Source: Callorhinchus milii
Taxonomy: Eukaryota
NCBI RefSeq assembly: GCF_018977255.1
Contig: NW_024704743.1
Coordinates: 87,608,001 to 87,672,000 of the forward strand
Length of the DNA stretch: 64,000 nt
Direction of reading: 5' to 3'
Each line of letters begins with the position of its first letter. Position 1 is the stretch's first letter. The notes beneath the pieces are model-generated. The model had not been told where the DNA came from and did no database searches. It worked only from the letters and a program-made list of their open reading frames with translations. Below, piece after piece: positions 1 to 11,971 of the stretch. The position numbers and the translations under genes are program-made.

Positions 1-283
1 CTGAGTTTAATTCCAGGCAGGTCAGGGCGAAACCTTGGGCAAGTTTCCTTACTCCACACAGAGCCTAATAATAATCCCTCCAAAACCAAAAACAATAATA
101 AATTGGTCATTTTCAATCTACGACTGTTTGTGGGACATTGCTTTGCGCAATTGGCTGCCGCGTTCGCCCACAAATATACAGTCAATTCACTTTACAGTGT
201 GTTCTGTGAAGCGCTTTGGGACGTCCTCCCGACGTGAAAAGCGCTATATCAAATGCAAGGATTATTATTATTATTATTATTAT
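1..283 (+). mobile_element. Young tRNA-derived SINE, short form (5' end cut by window edge)
   Basis: Near-identical to 1493..1813; ends in GCGCTTTGGGACGTCCTCCCGACGTGAAAAGCGC stem-loop and (ATT)n tail. Confidence 0.95.
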
Positions 284-299
284 AGTTCTGTAGGTATCG

Positions 300-615
300 G
301 TTGTTCACTGGCCCCACACCCAAGTGGCCACTCTTCGTGGGCTAGCCTGGATGGTGAGTATAATCCAGGTATTTGTACCATTGCCAGAAGGAGAGCATCA
401 CTGCTTAGCTCAGATCTGTTGCCACCTGATAACAGAGCATACTTCCAGCACCTGGGGTCACTGATAACTATCAATTGTTGTAACTGCAGCTGACTTTTCC
501 CAGTCAATCATAACCCTGCGATGCAACCACCTAAATAAAGTAAGAACTTCACAATACATATTAGAGCAAACCTGACATTTCTGGTCTGTACATCCAACAA
601 CACCCAGCACTGTTC
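300..615 (-). mobile_element. Ancient SINE relic, AmnSINE2-like
   Basis: Motifs CCCAAGTGGCCACTCTTC, GCATCAC..GCTCAGATCTGT, ACTTCCAGCA..GGGGTCACTG and CCTG..CTGGTCTGTA occur in the order I recall for the AmnSINE2 reverse complement; not searched. Confidence 0.55.
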
Positions 616-856
616 CAGTTATGGTTATTGATAATAAGATAGGATAACAATATGTCTGCTGGTCAAGTTTATTTAATTCTGGTATTTAATGACATTACAT
701 TTTGTTCCCCTCTTGCATTTATAAAATGCAGTTTTGTTTCAGATGTGTTTGATGTTAGAAATCATATTTGGTTAACAATGTGAAGTCTATGCCACTCAAA
801 CTCTGCTCCAATCCAAACATTGCAATCACAAGTCATATCTTTCTAACCACAGTTTA

Positions 857-870
857 CCTCTAGGGGGCAG
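857..870 (+). promoter_or_regulatory. Candidate CTCF core motif
   Basis: CCTCTAGGGGGCAG is a close match to CCASYAGRKGGCRS, in non-repeat sequence. Confidence 0.45.
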
Positions 871-1337
871 TCAATCTTTACGTTCATAAAGATACACTGG
901 GCTGCACAACTCAAAGTAAATGTTTTTGCAAAAGTTTAGCTTTTGCAATGTCACAACATTGATAAAGATATCCAAGCTTTGTGCAAGGACATAGAAATTT
1001 GAAGGAAAGCCAATCAAAACTTGTGTAGGGTGCACGCTGTCACAACATAGACCTAAATTTGCTGCTGAAAATAATTATGTGGTGTTCATATCATGCGTGA
1101 AATCTGATTGGTGCCAACCAATTTGTCTTGTGAAGACTGAAAGAATTGCCTCTGTGAAGCTAATGAAAAAAATGACCTGTTATTTATTTGGGTTCTTCTC
1201 AGTTTGTTCTAAGCCTGGATATTTATGCAAGCAGGGATGTTTTGTTTGAATGCAAATAGTACTGTAATAACACTGGGTGCAGCAAGTAATGTTGGGATAA
1301 TGTTAAAACACAAACCACACTGATATTGAGTGTAAGA

Positions 1338-1437
1338 CAAAATACAGTCACTCCACTTTACCGTATAGCCTGTGATGTGCTTTGAGACGTCTCTACAACG
1401 TGACAAGGCGCTATATCAAATGAAGGTATTATTATTG
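1338..1437 (+). mobile_element. SINE 3' fragment (Deu/L2-type tail)
   Basis: TGTGATGTGCTTTGAGACGTC...AAGGCGCTATATCAAATG followed by (ATT)n. Confidence 0.8.
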
Positions 1438-1492
1438 TTAAGAGGGCTATGTTTTTTCGGCACATTGTGTAGGGATATCAGATATCATGGAC

Positions 1493-1813
1493 GGAGTCCT
1501 GTAGCTCAGTGGTTAGAGCACTCGCTTTGCAAATGAGAGATCTGAGTTCAATTCCAGGCAGGGCGAAACCTTGGGCAAGTTTCCTTACTCCACACAGAGC
1601 CTAATAATAATCCCTCCAAAACCCAAAACAATAATAAATTGGTCATTTTCAATCTACGACTGTTTGTGGGACATTGCTGTGCGCAATTGGCTGCCGCGTT
1701 CGCCCACAAATATACAGTCAATTCACTTTACAGTGTGTTCTGTGAAGCGCTTTGGGACGTCCTCCCGACGTGAAAAGCGCTATATCAAATGCAAGGATTA
1801 TTATTATTATTAT
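1493..1813 (+). mobile_element. Young tRNA-Ala-derived SINE, short form, full length
   Basis: GGAGTCCTGTAGCTCAGTGG (A box), GTTCAATTCC (B box), anticodon-like loop TTTGCAA, Deu 3' block TGTTTGTGGGACATTGCTGTGCGCAATTGGCTGCCGCG, L2-type tail. Confidence 0.95.
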
Positions 1814-1944
1814 ATTTTACAGTATATTGAAAAAGCCTGACATTGTAAGGAGTAACAGAGAGGAAATATGAAGCAGGCTTAGTGATATTTCTACCCATTA
1901 ACTAGACTACTGGACTCATTGTGATAGCATTGATTAATGGTGTG

Positions 1945-2310
1945 CAGACTGAGCCCTTAGTCTAGGCTGTGTCGCCTGTGCTGTGCTGGGGACTATGATT
2001 CACTTTCAGCGTTTTGGGACGTTCTCCCGACGTGAAAGGCGCTTTAGAAATGTAATTTTGTTGTTGTTGTTGTGCTGTATTGTCGGAGGTGCTGTTCATT
2101 AGATGGGTTGTGATGTCTCTCATATGTCTATTCCCTTTAAAGATTCGACAATACTGTTCAAAATGTGAAGGGAATTTATTCTGGTATCCTAGCCAAAATC
2201 CTCAACATTAATTCATCATCACCTTAAAGCTGTTAGTGAGACCTTGCTGTGCGTAATCTGACTGCCACATTCGCCTATAAAAACATTCACTACATCTGAC
2301 AGTAAATATT
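1945..2310 (+). mobile_element. Old Deu-domain SINE interrupted by a ~65-bp L2 3'-end insert (2007..2072)
   Basis: Deu motifs GTGCTGTATTGTCGGAGGTGCTG and TTGCTGTGCGTAATCTGACTGCC; the insert is only stem-loop plus (TTG)n. Confidence 0.75.
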
Positions 2311-3671
2311 CCAGCAACTCTTGTTTACAGTGTTACACCTAAACCATTTCCTGGAATGAACTTTTTATTTTTTACATTGTGAAAATGGCAAACAATTTAT
2401 TTACCTTTCTGAATAAACTTAATGCTTTTAAACACATCTTTAACCAGTCTCTTTTTTATCGGTCCTGCATCAGAGTTATTGTTTCAGAGTAAAAATTTGA
2501 ACACATGACAATTATGCATTAGAAGGTGGCCTGGAGTTCAACACTTTCTGGGTGGTTTTGGCTAAATGTATGATTCTTTTATCCTGCGGTTCCTCATTTT
2601 CATATGCATGTGTGTTTATGTGTGTGTTTCTTTGTGTGCACAATTACATTTTTTTTAAAAAATGTCACATGGTATGAATTGTTTTCAGTGCACTTCTTTT
2701 TAAAGTAAACTATAATTTAAATGCAAACCCTTGCCTGTCAATGGCTTTGGGACATCACCCTGACGTGAGAGGTGCTATATAAATTGCAATTTGTTGTTGT
2801 TGAAAATTAATCCAAGCCATTAGGTATAAAATATTGCTTCAGCTGCTTGTGGTTTTTATCATAGTCAAAGGAACAATCAAGCAAAAACTTTGACAAATCC
2901 TGATTTATATCTGATAATTTCTAATACTTAAAAAAATAATTTCAGTTAAATTGAAACATGCCTTCCGGAATTAAATTGTATTCTTCTAAAGTTCATCCCA
3001 CATAGAAGGACCATTCTAGCCAGCAGACACTTTCTGTGCTTCTTTACAGATCATTATACTACAGTACCTGGAAAGGATGTGGAAGGATATGGGAATACTG
3101 CATGCCTATCCTGTAATTCTCTTGGCCCATCCTACCACCCTCCCCCCCTTCTCTTGTCAACAGAGTTAAGGGACACCTGGAAATGTTGTTCAGTTAGAAG
3201 AATAGTTTTCCCTGCAAGCAAGCAGCACTTTTAGACTCTTCACAAAGTCTGTACAAAAATTCTGATAATAGCGAGGTCCACAGAGCATGTCAAAAACAAC
3301 ACAGAACACTGGAAAAACACAAATTACCGTTGATAATGTTTAGTATTAAAGCACTACCAGTCACGATTGGGAGCTGGATTGCTTTAAGAGATAAAATCAA
3401 AGTGTAGATTTTTATTTTGCTCCCAGCTGGAAAACATCTGGGGCAGTACTGGACACCCATAATGCAAATGATCTTCAAAATGTCATTTTACTCATTGCTG
3501 CATCTCTGTTAGCGCCCTCCTCCCTGATTCCCTGGATGCCTGCGTTTTTTTTTAACTCAATCTCTGTCTTATTTTATCATTTTTTTAAAAAATGGAAAAT
3601 TTTATCAAAGGTTGGTGCACTGAAGAAAAAAAAATTGTTTTATTTTGTTGTGAATTTGGTCTCTAAATATG

Positions 3672-4009
3672 GATGCTGTAGTAGTTGGAGGTGCTGTCCT
3701 TCGGATGATACGTTAAACCGAGGTCCCATCTGCCTGTTCAGGTGGACGTTAAAGATCCCTTGGCACTAATCGGGAAAGAGAAGGGAGTTTCTCCCAGTGT
3801 TGGGGCTAACAATTCCCCAAATAAAATTGGTCACTCACTCCATGACTGTTTGTGGGACATTGCTGCGTGCAAATTATTTGCCATGTTTCACCCACAAAAT
3901 ACACAGTCAAACCACTTTACAGTAAGTATATCCTGTGAAGCACATTGAGACATCTCAACGACATTATAAGATATTATATCAAATGCAAGGAAATGCAAGG
4001 ATTATTATA
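3672..4009 (+). mobile_element. Deu-domain SINE (SacSINE1/AmnSINE1-type body)
   Basis: GGAGGTGCTGTCCTTCGGATGATACGTTAAACCGAGGTCCCATCTGCCTGTTCAGGTGGACGTTAAAGATCCC, then Deu 3' block and tail. Confidence 0.9.
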
Positions 4010-5123
4010 AGAAATGTGTGCAGATCTTCACACTGGTTCTCCAGCCTTCCAAGGGGAACTGTACATAAATCATAAGGAGTTATTCGCTCTGAAAAGTCTA
4101 ATCACATACCATTGTAATTCCTCAGTTAGACTAGTCAGTCCTTCTTGACCTCTCCTGTGCAAAACATTAGTCATGCAAAACCCTGGGGAAACCTTGAGCA
4201 TCAGTCAGGCAGAATGTTGGAGAAACCTTCAGGATGAAGAGCTCTTAAAATTGCAATGGCCATTGATGTTGGTCAAAATAGTGGCATTCTAAACCTTCAA
4301 GTCTCATATCAAAGTAATCCAGCACCTACTGAAGGTTCATGTAAAATGTTACCTGGTAAAATAAATCAGTAAATTGAAGAGCAGCTCATGGATTGTCCAG
4401 GGGCACTAATGCCCTGTTTATAATGCTGGAAGTGAAGTGATAAGGTTTCCAACAGTGGCTGAGAGGGAAGACCGATTCATACTTCATGTTCCTGATCATA
4501 TTGGCCAGGGCTAACAAGACCTAATACAAACTTCTGCACATCAACAACATGGCTCGCCCAGGAGCCTTTGAGGGAGCACAGCCAGAATGCTGATACACAA
4601 TGCTGATCTTGTACAGCAGGAGTGTGAATCAAAGTTTTGCTGAAGTGATCTGGGTACTTGTCAGACAGAGCAGAGGAATCATCTGAAAGTCTCTTTTCAG
4701 CCCCAAATGAACACAATAACCACAACTTGCATTTATATAACGCCCTTCACGTGGGATAGCAGCCTGGAGCGCTTAATACTGCTAATCACACACTGAAAAG
4801 CACAGCGTAAACACATCTTAAAATGTGACGGGGGTCTCTCAGTGTTTTTGGCCCAATTTCCACATAGCCATCTGTAAATAGTTAGCTTCCCCAGATGTCT
4901 ATGATTCATTCCCCATTGTATGTTTTTTAAAACATAAGAAATCATAGAATTAAAAAGACTATTTACCCATCAAACACAGTCCTTCAAGCATCAAACACAC
5001 ACCACAAAGGAAAATCTATCCTGTTGTGAAGAAGATACAAGGTACATTTCTCCCATTGTTACAATTCATAAGAAGGAACCATTCATATTGAGGTGTGTAC
5101 ATCAGCACAATACTCTCAGTATT

Positions 5124-5458
5124 GAAGTCCTGTAGTGTGGTTAGAGCATTTGCCTCGCAAGCGAGAGGACCTAAATTTGATTCCCGAGCAGGGTTTACCT
5201 AGCAATAAGTAGGAACCCGTTTTTTAGTCGATTGGCGGATCACTTTTCCGAGGGTAATAATCCCTTACAAAAAATTGTTCACTCAATCTACAATTGTTTG
5301 TGGGACACTGTTGTACGCAATTGGCTGCTGTGTTTCGCCCACGAAATCAATTCACTTTTCACAATTCACTACAATCAATTCACTTTACATTCTATGAAGG
5401 GCTTTGAGATGTCTTGAAGACGCGAAAAGGTGCTATATCACAGCCAAGTATTATTAAT
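5124..5458 (+). mobile_element. tRNA-derived SINE, long form with internal deletion
   Basis: tRNA head, GTTTACCTAGCAATAAGTAGGAACCC block, Deu 3' block, tail. Confidence 0.85.
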
Positions 5459-8039
5459 AGTAGCAATAAAAACAATGGATCAGTTCAAGTTCAAGTTGAA
5501 CAATATTAGTGAGAAATCACAGAATGTAATCTATGTAATGCGGAATGAGAATATTTTGGATTGTTTGCAAAAAAAACAGGAAAAGGGGCCAAATTTTCAA
5601 AACCTGTTTTGCTGCGTATTTGTTTGGGCAACTTATTTTATGTATAAATGCTCTTGTCTTGCTCTTGCAGGTATGCAACTTACAACTATGGATGTATACA
5701 AGCTGAGCAATGGTATTAACCTTTGTTCAAGCTCACCTACAATTTACACAGTTACTGTACTTTGCAGTAAACCTTGTGAAATCTTTTGAGACATACTCCT
5801 GAGGTAAAAAGAGCTACATCATATGCAAAGTTTATTATTACTGTTCTAAGTGTAGGAAATGGGACTGATTTTAAAATGTTAACGTTCCTGCTCCCTCTGT
5901 CTTGAAGGAATTTTTTTTGGAAAAATGTATTCTTAGTTAAAAAAAGTCATGCCAGTTCTATTGGCTCCCTGGTGATATGTCCTGCGGTCACTTTATTAAT
6001 TTTCTAAAATTTAAATGCTGTAAATGGGAAGGTTATGGAACCTATTTTCTCTTCCCATGTGGCTGTGGGTAAGTTGCTGAATGGCATGTACTTGTGACAT
6101 TTGTGGCATCATTCATTAATTTGTTAAATTCTGCTGGGATGTAGAAATTCCCCAGCCAGTGCAAGGCAAGTGCATTCAAGATAGAAACTGCTCTTTCTTT
6201 CAGGAGGACATTATTCAATGTGTGAGCTGTATGTGCATGACTTACCTTTAAAATTCTTGGCCAAAGTTCATTAGCTATTATAATTGTTAGATCAAATGTA
6301 TTGTTATTATCATTATTGTATACTCTATGCAGGTTTCCTTTATCATGAAATTACATGCATGTTATTTGCATCAGAATCTCTGCGTAAACTATGAGGTCAA
6401 AGTGGGGAAACATTTGAAGAGGAACAATGTAAAAAGGTCTAAGGAAAGACCAGGAATTTGTGATTCGTTTTAGTGAAGCAGCTGATAGCAGTGTAGATTT
6501 GATGGCCTCAATTGCCTCCTTATATACCACTATTTCTAAGATTCTATTCTGCCACATAAGCCTCATGAACACATCCTCCAAATGCCTCCTCTTTGACATC
6601 AATATGAACACCACTGTATTATTCATACACAAATACAAATTATTACAATAAATCAGACCAACATCACACATTGGTGTCTGAATAAAGTTCCCAAATAAAC
6701 TCAACAGTTTTATTGTCTGAATAATTTGTACTAGCGGCACAACAAAGAATTCTCAACCCTTACGAAGAGAAAATTTGGGTAGAGAAATGCATATAAAAGA
6801 TTTATTTCTTCCCTCACAAATAAAATTTATTCATTGCATCCACCAGCCATCACACAGATGGTCAGAAAATTAGCTTTGTGCATGGAGATGTGGATTCAGG
6901 CATGAATATTAATATGAAACAGATGTAAACGCATATTAATATGCATTTGTCTTACATGCACTGACTGTAGAATTTACTTATTAAAGAAAGTCCACAGGAA
7001 AATGAAAATGTACAACACATCGGTCATTTTTTTTAATAATAAAGAAAAGATGGTGGGATTTGGATTCTAAAACCCAGGCATATGTTGGTGCGTTTGTAAC
7101 ACTTGTTCTGAGACCCACTCTTTGACAGTATATAATATAAAACCACAATATAAGTCTTCGAAATACATAGCTGTACTGAAAACTAAAGGCAGTTAGCTAA
7201 AATGTATTAAATCAAGAGCCATAAAATCAAAAGGTTTATGGCAGTCTTAACACAGTAGGACTGAATTATCATGTTAATTTAATTTCCATTCCCAAATGAA
7301 CCAGAAGGCACAATAAAGGTCAATTAACTAAGTACCTTCATGCTTTCATTTCCTTTTATTGCTTCACTTAAATCATAGGCAGACTCCAAAAAGACAAACT
7401 TCTTCTGCAAGATAGTGAGGATCTTAAAAAAGAGAACTGAGGCTTAGTCTTCATGTTGAATGGAAATGAAAAATTCAGGGGATGGCAGTTCAGCATCACT
7501 TTTATCTCCCAAAACTATTGTTTAATGTCTTGAATTCTGAAGGTCTTTTGTAGCTTGAAGCAAAAAGCAACACATTTTGATTGCAGAAATAAACAATTTA
7601 AAGATTATTGTCATTGTTATTGTCGTGCTAGTGCGAACCAGACCTGCAATAATTTTAATTAAAAGTAGTCTCTGAAAATGCTTTAAAAATTTAATGTCCC
7701 TTTTAATTTAACCAAACAAAACATTTTATTTCAGAGATAACATTTTGTTTTGGAGAATTGTGGAAATTGACGGAATAACAATTAATGGCAGAACAAAAAA
7801 GGCGAATCATTTAAACTCTTGTGTAAAATGTACTTAAGATCTGAATGTGATACATTTACTTCTGCTAATGAATCCTTTTTTAGGTGTTTTAATACAAGCT
7901 GCTAAACAGAGAAAATGCAAACGCCAGATTAGCAACCTATTAGCAACAGACTGATCCCATCATGGAATTCTAATGCATCCCACCAGTTGCTCTGTCTATA
8001 GAATTCCTCACACAAGATTAATAAGTAAGAATTCGGGCA

Positions 8040-8235
8040 TGTTAACCTGACTCAGGTGGAAGCACGCTTGCTCACAGTCTAAGCTGATGCTCCAATACAG
8101 TGCTGGGGGAGCGCTGCATTGTAAAAGGCTCCATTCTTTGCATGAGACTAAAGATGAAGAGATGAGGTGATGGCTGCCTGTTCAGAGGAGTGTTCAAGAT
8201 CCTACGGCACTATTTGAAAGAGAAGGGAGGTGCTC
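8040..8235 (+). mobile_element. Old Deu-domain SINE, 5' part
   Basis: CAGTGCTGGGGGAGCGCTGCATTGT...TGCCTGTTCAG...AAGATCCTACGGCACTATTTGAAAGAGAAGGGAG. Confidence 0.75.
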
Positions 8236-8256
8236 CAGTGGAACTGTTTGGTACTT

Positions 8257-8537
8257 GGAGTCCTGTAGCTCAGTGGTTAGAGCACTCACTCGCAAGCGAG
8301 AGACCTGGGTTCGATTCCCAGCAGGGCGAAAGCTTACTCCACGCGCCTGATAATAATCCCTCAATAAAAATAACACTAATAAAATTGGTCACTTCAATTC
8401 ACGACTGTTTGTGGGACACTGCTGTGCGCAATTGGCTGCCACGTTTCGCCCACAAATATACAGTCAATTCACTTTACAGAAAATTCTGTGAAGTGCTTTG
8501 AGATGTCTAGATGGTGCTATATCAAATGCAAATGACT
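8257..8537 (+). mobile_element. tRNA-derived SINE, short form
   Basis: Intact A/B boxes (TAGCTCAGTGG, GGTTCGATTCC), anticodon-like loop CTCGCAA, Deu 3' block. Confidence 0.9.
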
Positions 8538-9312
8538 ATACTCTTATTCTTCTAGCCATATGTATGAAAGTGAAATATGTGCAAAATGTACAAACTTTTG
8601 CATGACCTCTGAAACCTCACCTATTACAGGTAAAATTAAAAGGGCAGAACTGGATTGAACTCAAGGAATGTTTTGGTGTTATATGCCAAAACAAACTATG
8701 GAAATTGGTGTATATTTTAACAAAATATGTCTTAACATTTTTGCATATTTTTCTAATTATTTTGTTGACAATGAGTTGCACAGAATTTCTGTTGTATTGC
8801 AACCTGTTGTGAACCAATTAATTTTGGATGACAATCAGCATTGATCAAATATACAGATGGAGGAACAGAATTCATTAGAGATAAGAAAACTTTTATATAT
8901 GTGAGATATTTGAGAGAGGAATTAGTTTCTTGGTTAAGCAGTGCAGTTATCTATGCATTCATCAGTACATGTATTGCAGAGAAGGAAACATTCATATTGG
9001 AAATGGATCTTTCCAACTTTCTGATCCATTGACAGTATCTATCCAACAGCACTAGTTATATCCTATTGCTGTTTGCCATTCTAATTTCAAGATTACCTAC
9101 TAACTGATTTCATGCCCAACTGCTCCTCTGTTAGAACATTGGTCCTACAAGCCCTATTCTATTATCCAACCACCAGCTCGGTTGAGGATCCCTTATTGAT
9201 ACCTTGGGATGTCTTCCTGATGTGAAAAGCTCTATGCAAATTCTCAAATGAAGTGAAAGTGACACATCATCCCTGCCAGAAGAGTGCTCATGTAGTGATG
9301 ACGAGTTAAGTC

Positions 9313-9500
9313 AAAGCCCTAATGGGTAGGGTGGTCCAAGCTGGATAAGCAGCGGGAAATCTTGCCAGACAGCGATATCAATGGCAAGCTGTGTAGTTTT
9401 AGCTGGCTACACCCAGCAGTACCCCAACGCACACTCTGGGATCCCCAAGTCTTGGCTCTTGCCAACCTGCACCTGATAGTCTCCGGAATTAGGTAAGCAG
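9313..9500 (+). repeat. Unclassified interspersed repeat, copy 1 of 5
   Basis: Aligns by eye with 30243, 40978, 44481 and 57395 (e.g. CACACTCTGGGATCCCCAAGTCTTGGCTCTTGCCAACC). Confidence 0.85.
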
Positions 9501-9522
9501 TTGTAACAGGAGCAATCACAAG

Positions 9523-9833
9523 ATAATAATAATAATCCTTGCATTTGATATAGCTTTTCACGTCTTCTAGGCATCTCAAAGCGCTTCACAGAATACATTG
9601 TAAAGTGAATTGATTGTATATTTGTGAGTGAAACGCGGCAGCCAATTGCGCACAGCACTGTCCCACAAACAGTCATGGATTGAAGTGATCAATTTATTAT
9701 TATTTTTTTCTTGAGGAATTATTATCAGGCGTGTGGAGTAAGGAAACTTCCCGAAGGTTTCGCCCTGATGGGAATCGAACCCAGGTCTCTCGCTTGTGAG
9801 GCGAGTGCTCTAACTACTGAGCTACAGGATTCA
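9523..9833 (-). mobile_element. tRNA-derived SINE, short form
   Basis: Reverse complement of the family sequence, from head to (ATT)n tail. Confidence 0.93.
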
Positions 9834-11394
9834 ACAGATCATAAAAGATGTTGGGGAAGAAGGCCCTTTGCCCATTTGTTTCTCCATTTCACGTGGTTCA
9901 GTTAAATCTGGGCAGAGGAAAGAGGTTTATATCAAGAACATCAGCAACAAAATACCGTGTGATATTATTTATCACACCAGGATTGCTACTGTATTCCTCT
10001 CTATCAATAGATTCTGCATCATATTGCTCAAAATGAAGAACATACATAGATCAATCCATTCCTTAACACCATCAGTATTCTCAGCTCCAAAATCAGTTGT
10101 GATCACCAAACCGGCCTTTCATAACAGAGAGTTCATGCTGGCTTCTTTATGATTTCTGTACTCTTTAGATGAACGTTGATAACATTTATGTACTGCATCT
10201 TCTACTCACACCTTTTGATAGCTATTATTTATAGCTTACCAGTAGTATGTCTTTGCCTGTCTTAATAGGTCTATGGTTGCAAAATATTTTATATTTATAT
10301 CCTCTTTTGTCCATTTGTTATCTGCCTTCCGTGCACAATCATTATATATTCTGCAGCTGCGTATTATTGATGGTTGCAGTCTACCAGCCTAAACTGTGAA
10401 GCTGAGATGTGCATACAGAGGCCAGCGCAACCACTTAGAAGGACAACCTAGCGGTTGAGTCATTCTCAGGTACCTTGTGGAACATTGTCGGACGCACATT
10501 GACTGCTGCATTTGCCTTCAAATATGCAGTAACTGCACTTCACAGCAAAATCCTGTGATTTTGAGATGTGTTAACTCCATGATAAGGCGCTATATCAAAT
10601 GGAAGGATTGATAGTATTATTATTACATTGTAGCTGCAGAAAAGCTCTGGTGAGGGCTTGGGGATAGGTTGCTCACGCAGCTGCTGATTATACATACTGC
10701 ATGTACGAGGAGACGAGTAAGGAAGTGGAGACAGTAAGTTATAAAGGAAACAACTCATAAGTAATTCTTCTTCCTTTCACAAGTTTATAATACAAACCTC
10801 AGGTTTCTATCAAGAATAAACATGATATTGAGGGACAATCTGAATTAAATTGAGCACAGAACAATGCACAAGGTTAGCAAACAAGGAAAAAGTCAGTCCA
10901 ATGACTCAGTGGTATAATTCCATCGGTAATCACTTTCAGCCCTGCCTTTTACGTTAAGTGTATTGAAACTAACCTTAGTATATAAATACAGGATATAAAA
11001 GGTGTGTTGTAAAAGTTTGTACTGCACCAGCTTGGTTGTATGAGCAATAAATCATTTTCCTCACAGGTTTTCAGAGCCGGCTGCTCATGGAACAAAGCCA
11101 ACCTAAATCTTCCCATAGAGGCAACTATGCCCATTTAACAACATTGGATCAAATGCTATGTGGTGCTTCGTTAGTTCATGGTGCAAATCTCAGACAAGCA
11201 ACACAACTGCTGCAATGGGATTGTGTTGATATATTGCATAGTTCACCCCGAAGTGAGATTGTTTAATGAATACCACGTCTTAATGATTTTGAGCATTGTT
11301 TGCTTTCTGAACACATTTGCAGAATGAATCAGATTACAATAGAACAAACTCCTAATATTGTAAAACACGGTTTTGTTTCTATCATTATAATAGT

Positions 11395-11660
11395 AAAATA
11401 ATAATTATATTTGTTTTTGATGTTGTTAACACCTCGTTGAAACACCTCAAAGCACTTGATACAATGAGTCACTAATTGCAATCCAACTGTTCCAAATGCA
11501 TCCAGCAACATCCCACAAACAGCGGAGAGATGAATAACTATTTAATCTACTTTATTTTGGTGAATTTAGATGAGGGAGATATTTAGGCTGATCTGAGCTC
11601 TTATTTGAAATACTGCCATGGGATCTTTACTGACCACCTGAAACAGCAGAAGAAACTTGG
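11395..11660 (-). mobile_element. Old Deu-domain SINE
   Basis: CAGCAACATCCCACAAACAG and TGCCATGGGATCTTTACTGACCACCTGAA are reverse-complement Deu motifs. Confidence 0.75.
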
Positions 11661-11663
11661 AGG

Positions 11664-11967
11664 TCACATACGGGGGAGGATCATAGAGAGTCCAGGAATT
11701 AGGAACAAAATAACTCCCCCTCCAGAGCTGGGAGGAACACCCCTTCTGGGTTGGTAGCTGCCAGATATCCTGATCAGGGAGACCATTTGGGATGGTACAG
11801 GAGAGTAGTTAAAGATGCACATGCAGGAAGCTTGGTCTGAGTTAGCAGTTGATATAGAGCACATGTTTCTGCAGAGGCATTCCCTGCCTGTGGCTGTTTC
11901 CTTTATTAAAGTTCACTTGTTCGAGTTTCAGCTGGTCTGTCTTTGAGTATTTCTTCCCTTTCCCACA
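11664..11967 (+). mobile_element. Possible solo LTR
   Basis: ~300-bp block that interrupts a SINE; ATTAAA at 11905..11910, T/GT-rich U5-like tract, ends ...TCCCACA. No clear TG start or TSD. Confidence 0.35.
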
Positions 11968-11971
11968 AACG

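Noticed and set aside
35..493. Recurring ORF family MGKFPYST...KCKDYYYYY (also 1571, 19404, 26080, 47415, 51170)
   Set aside because: Chance translation of the SINE body; starts at TTG and the poly-Tyr is the (ATT)n tail. Not a gene family.
1493..1566. tRNA-Ala-like genes at SINE heads
   Set aside because: The acceptor stem does not close properly, and each head continues into SINE body and tail.
6351..6740. 129-aa minus-strand ORF in unique sequence
   Set aside because: No recognisable domain, non-ATG start, no convincing splice signals; compatible with chance.
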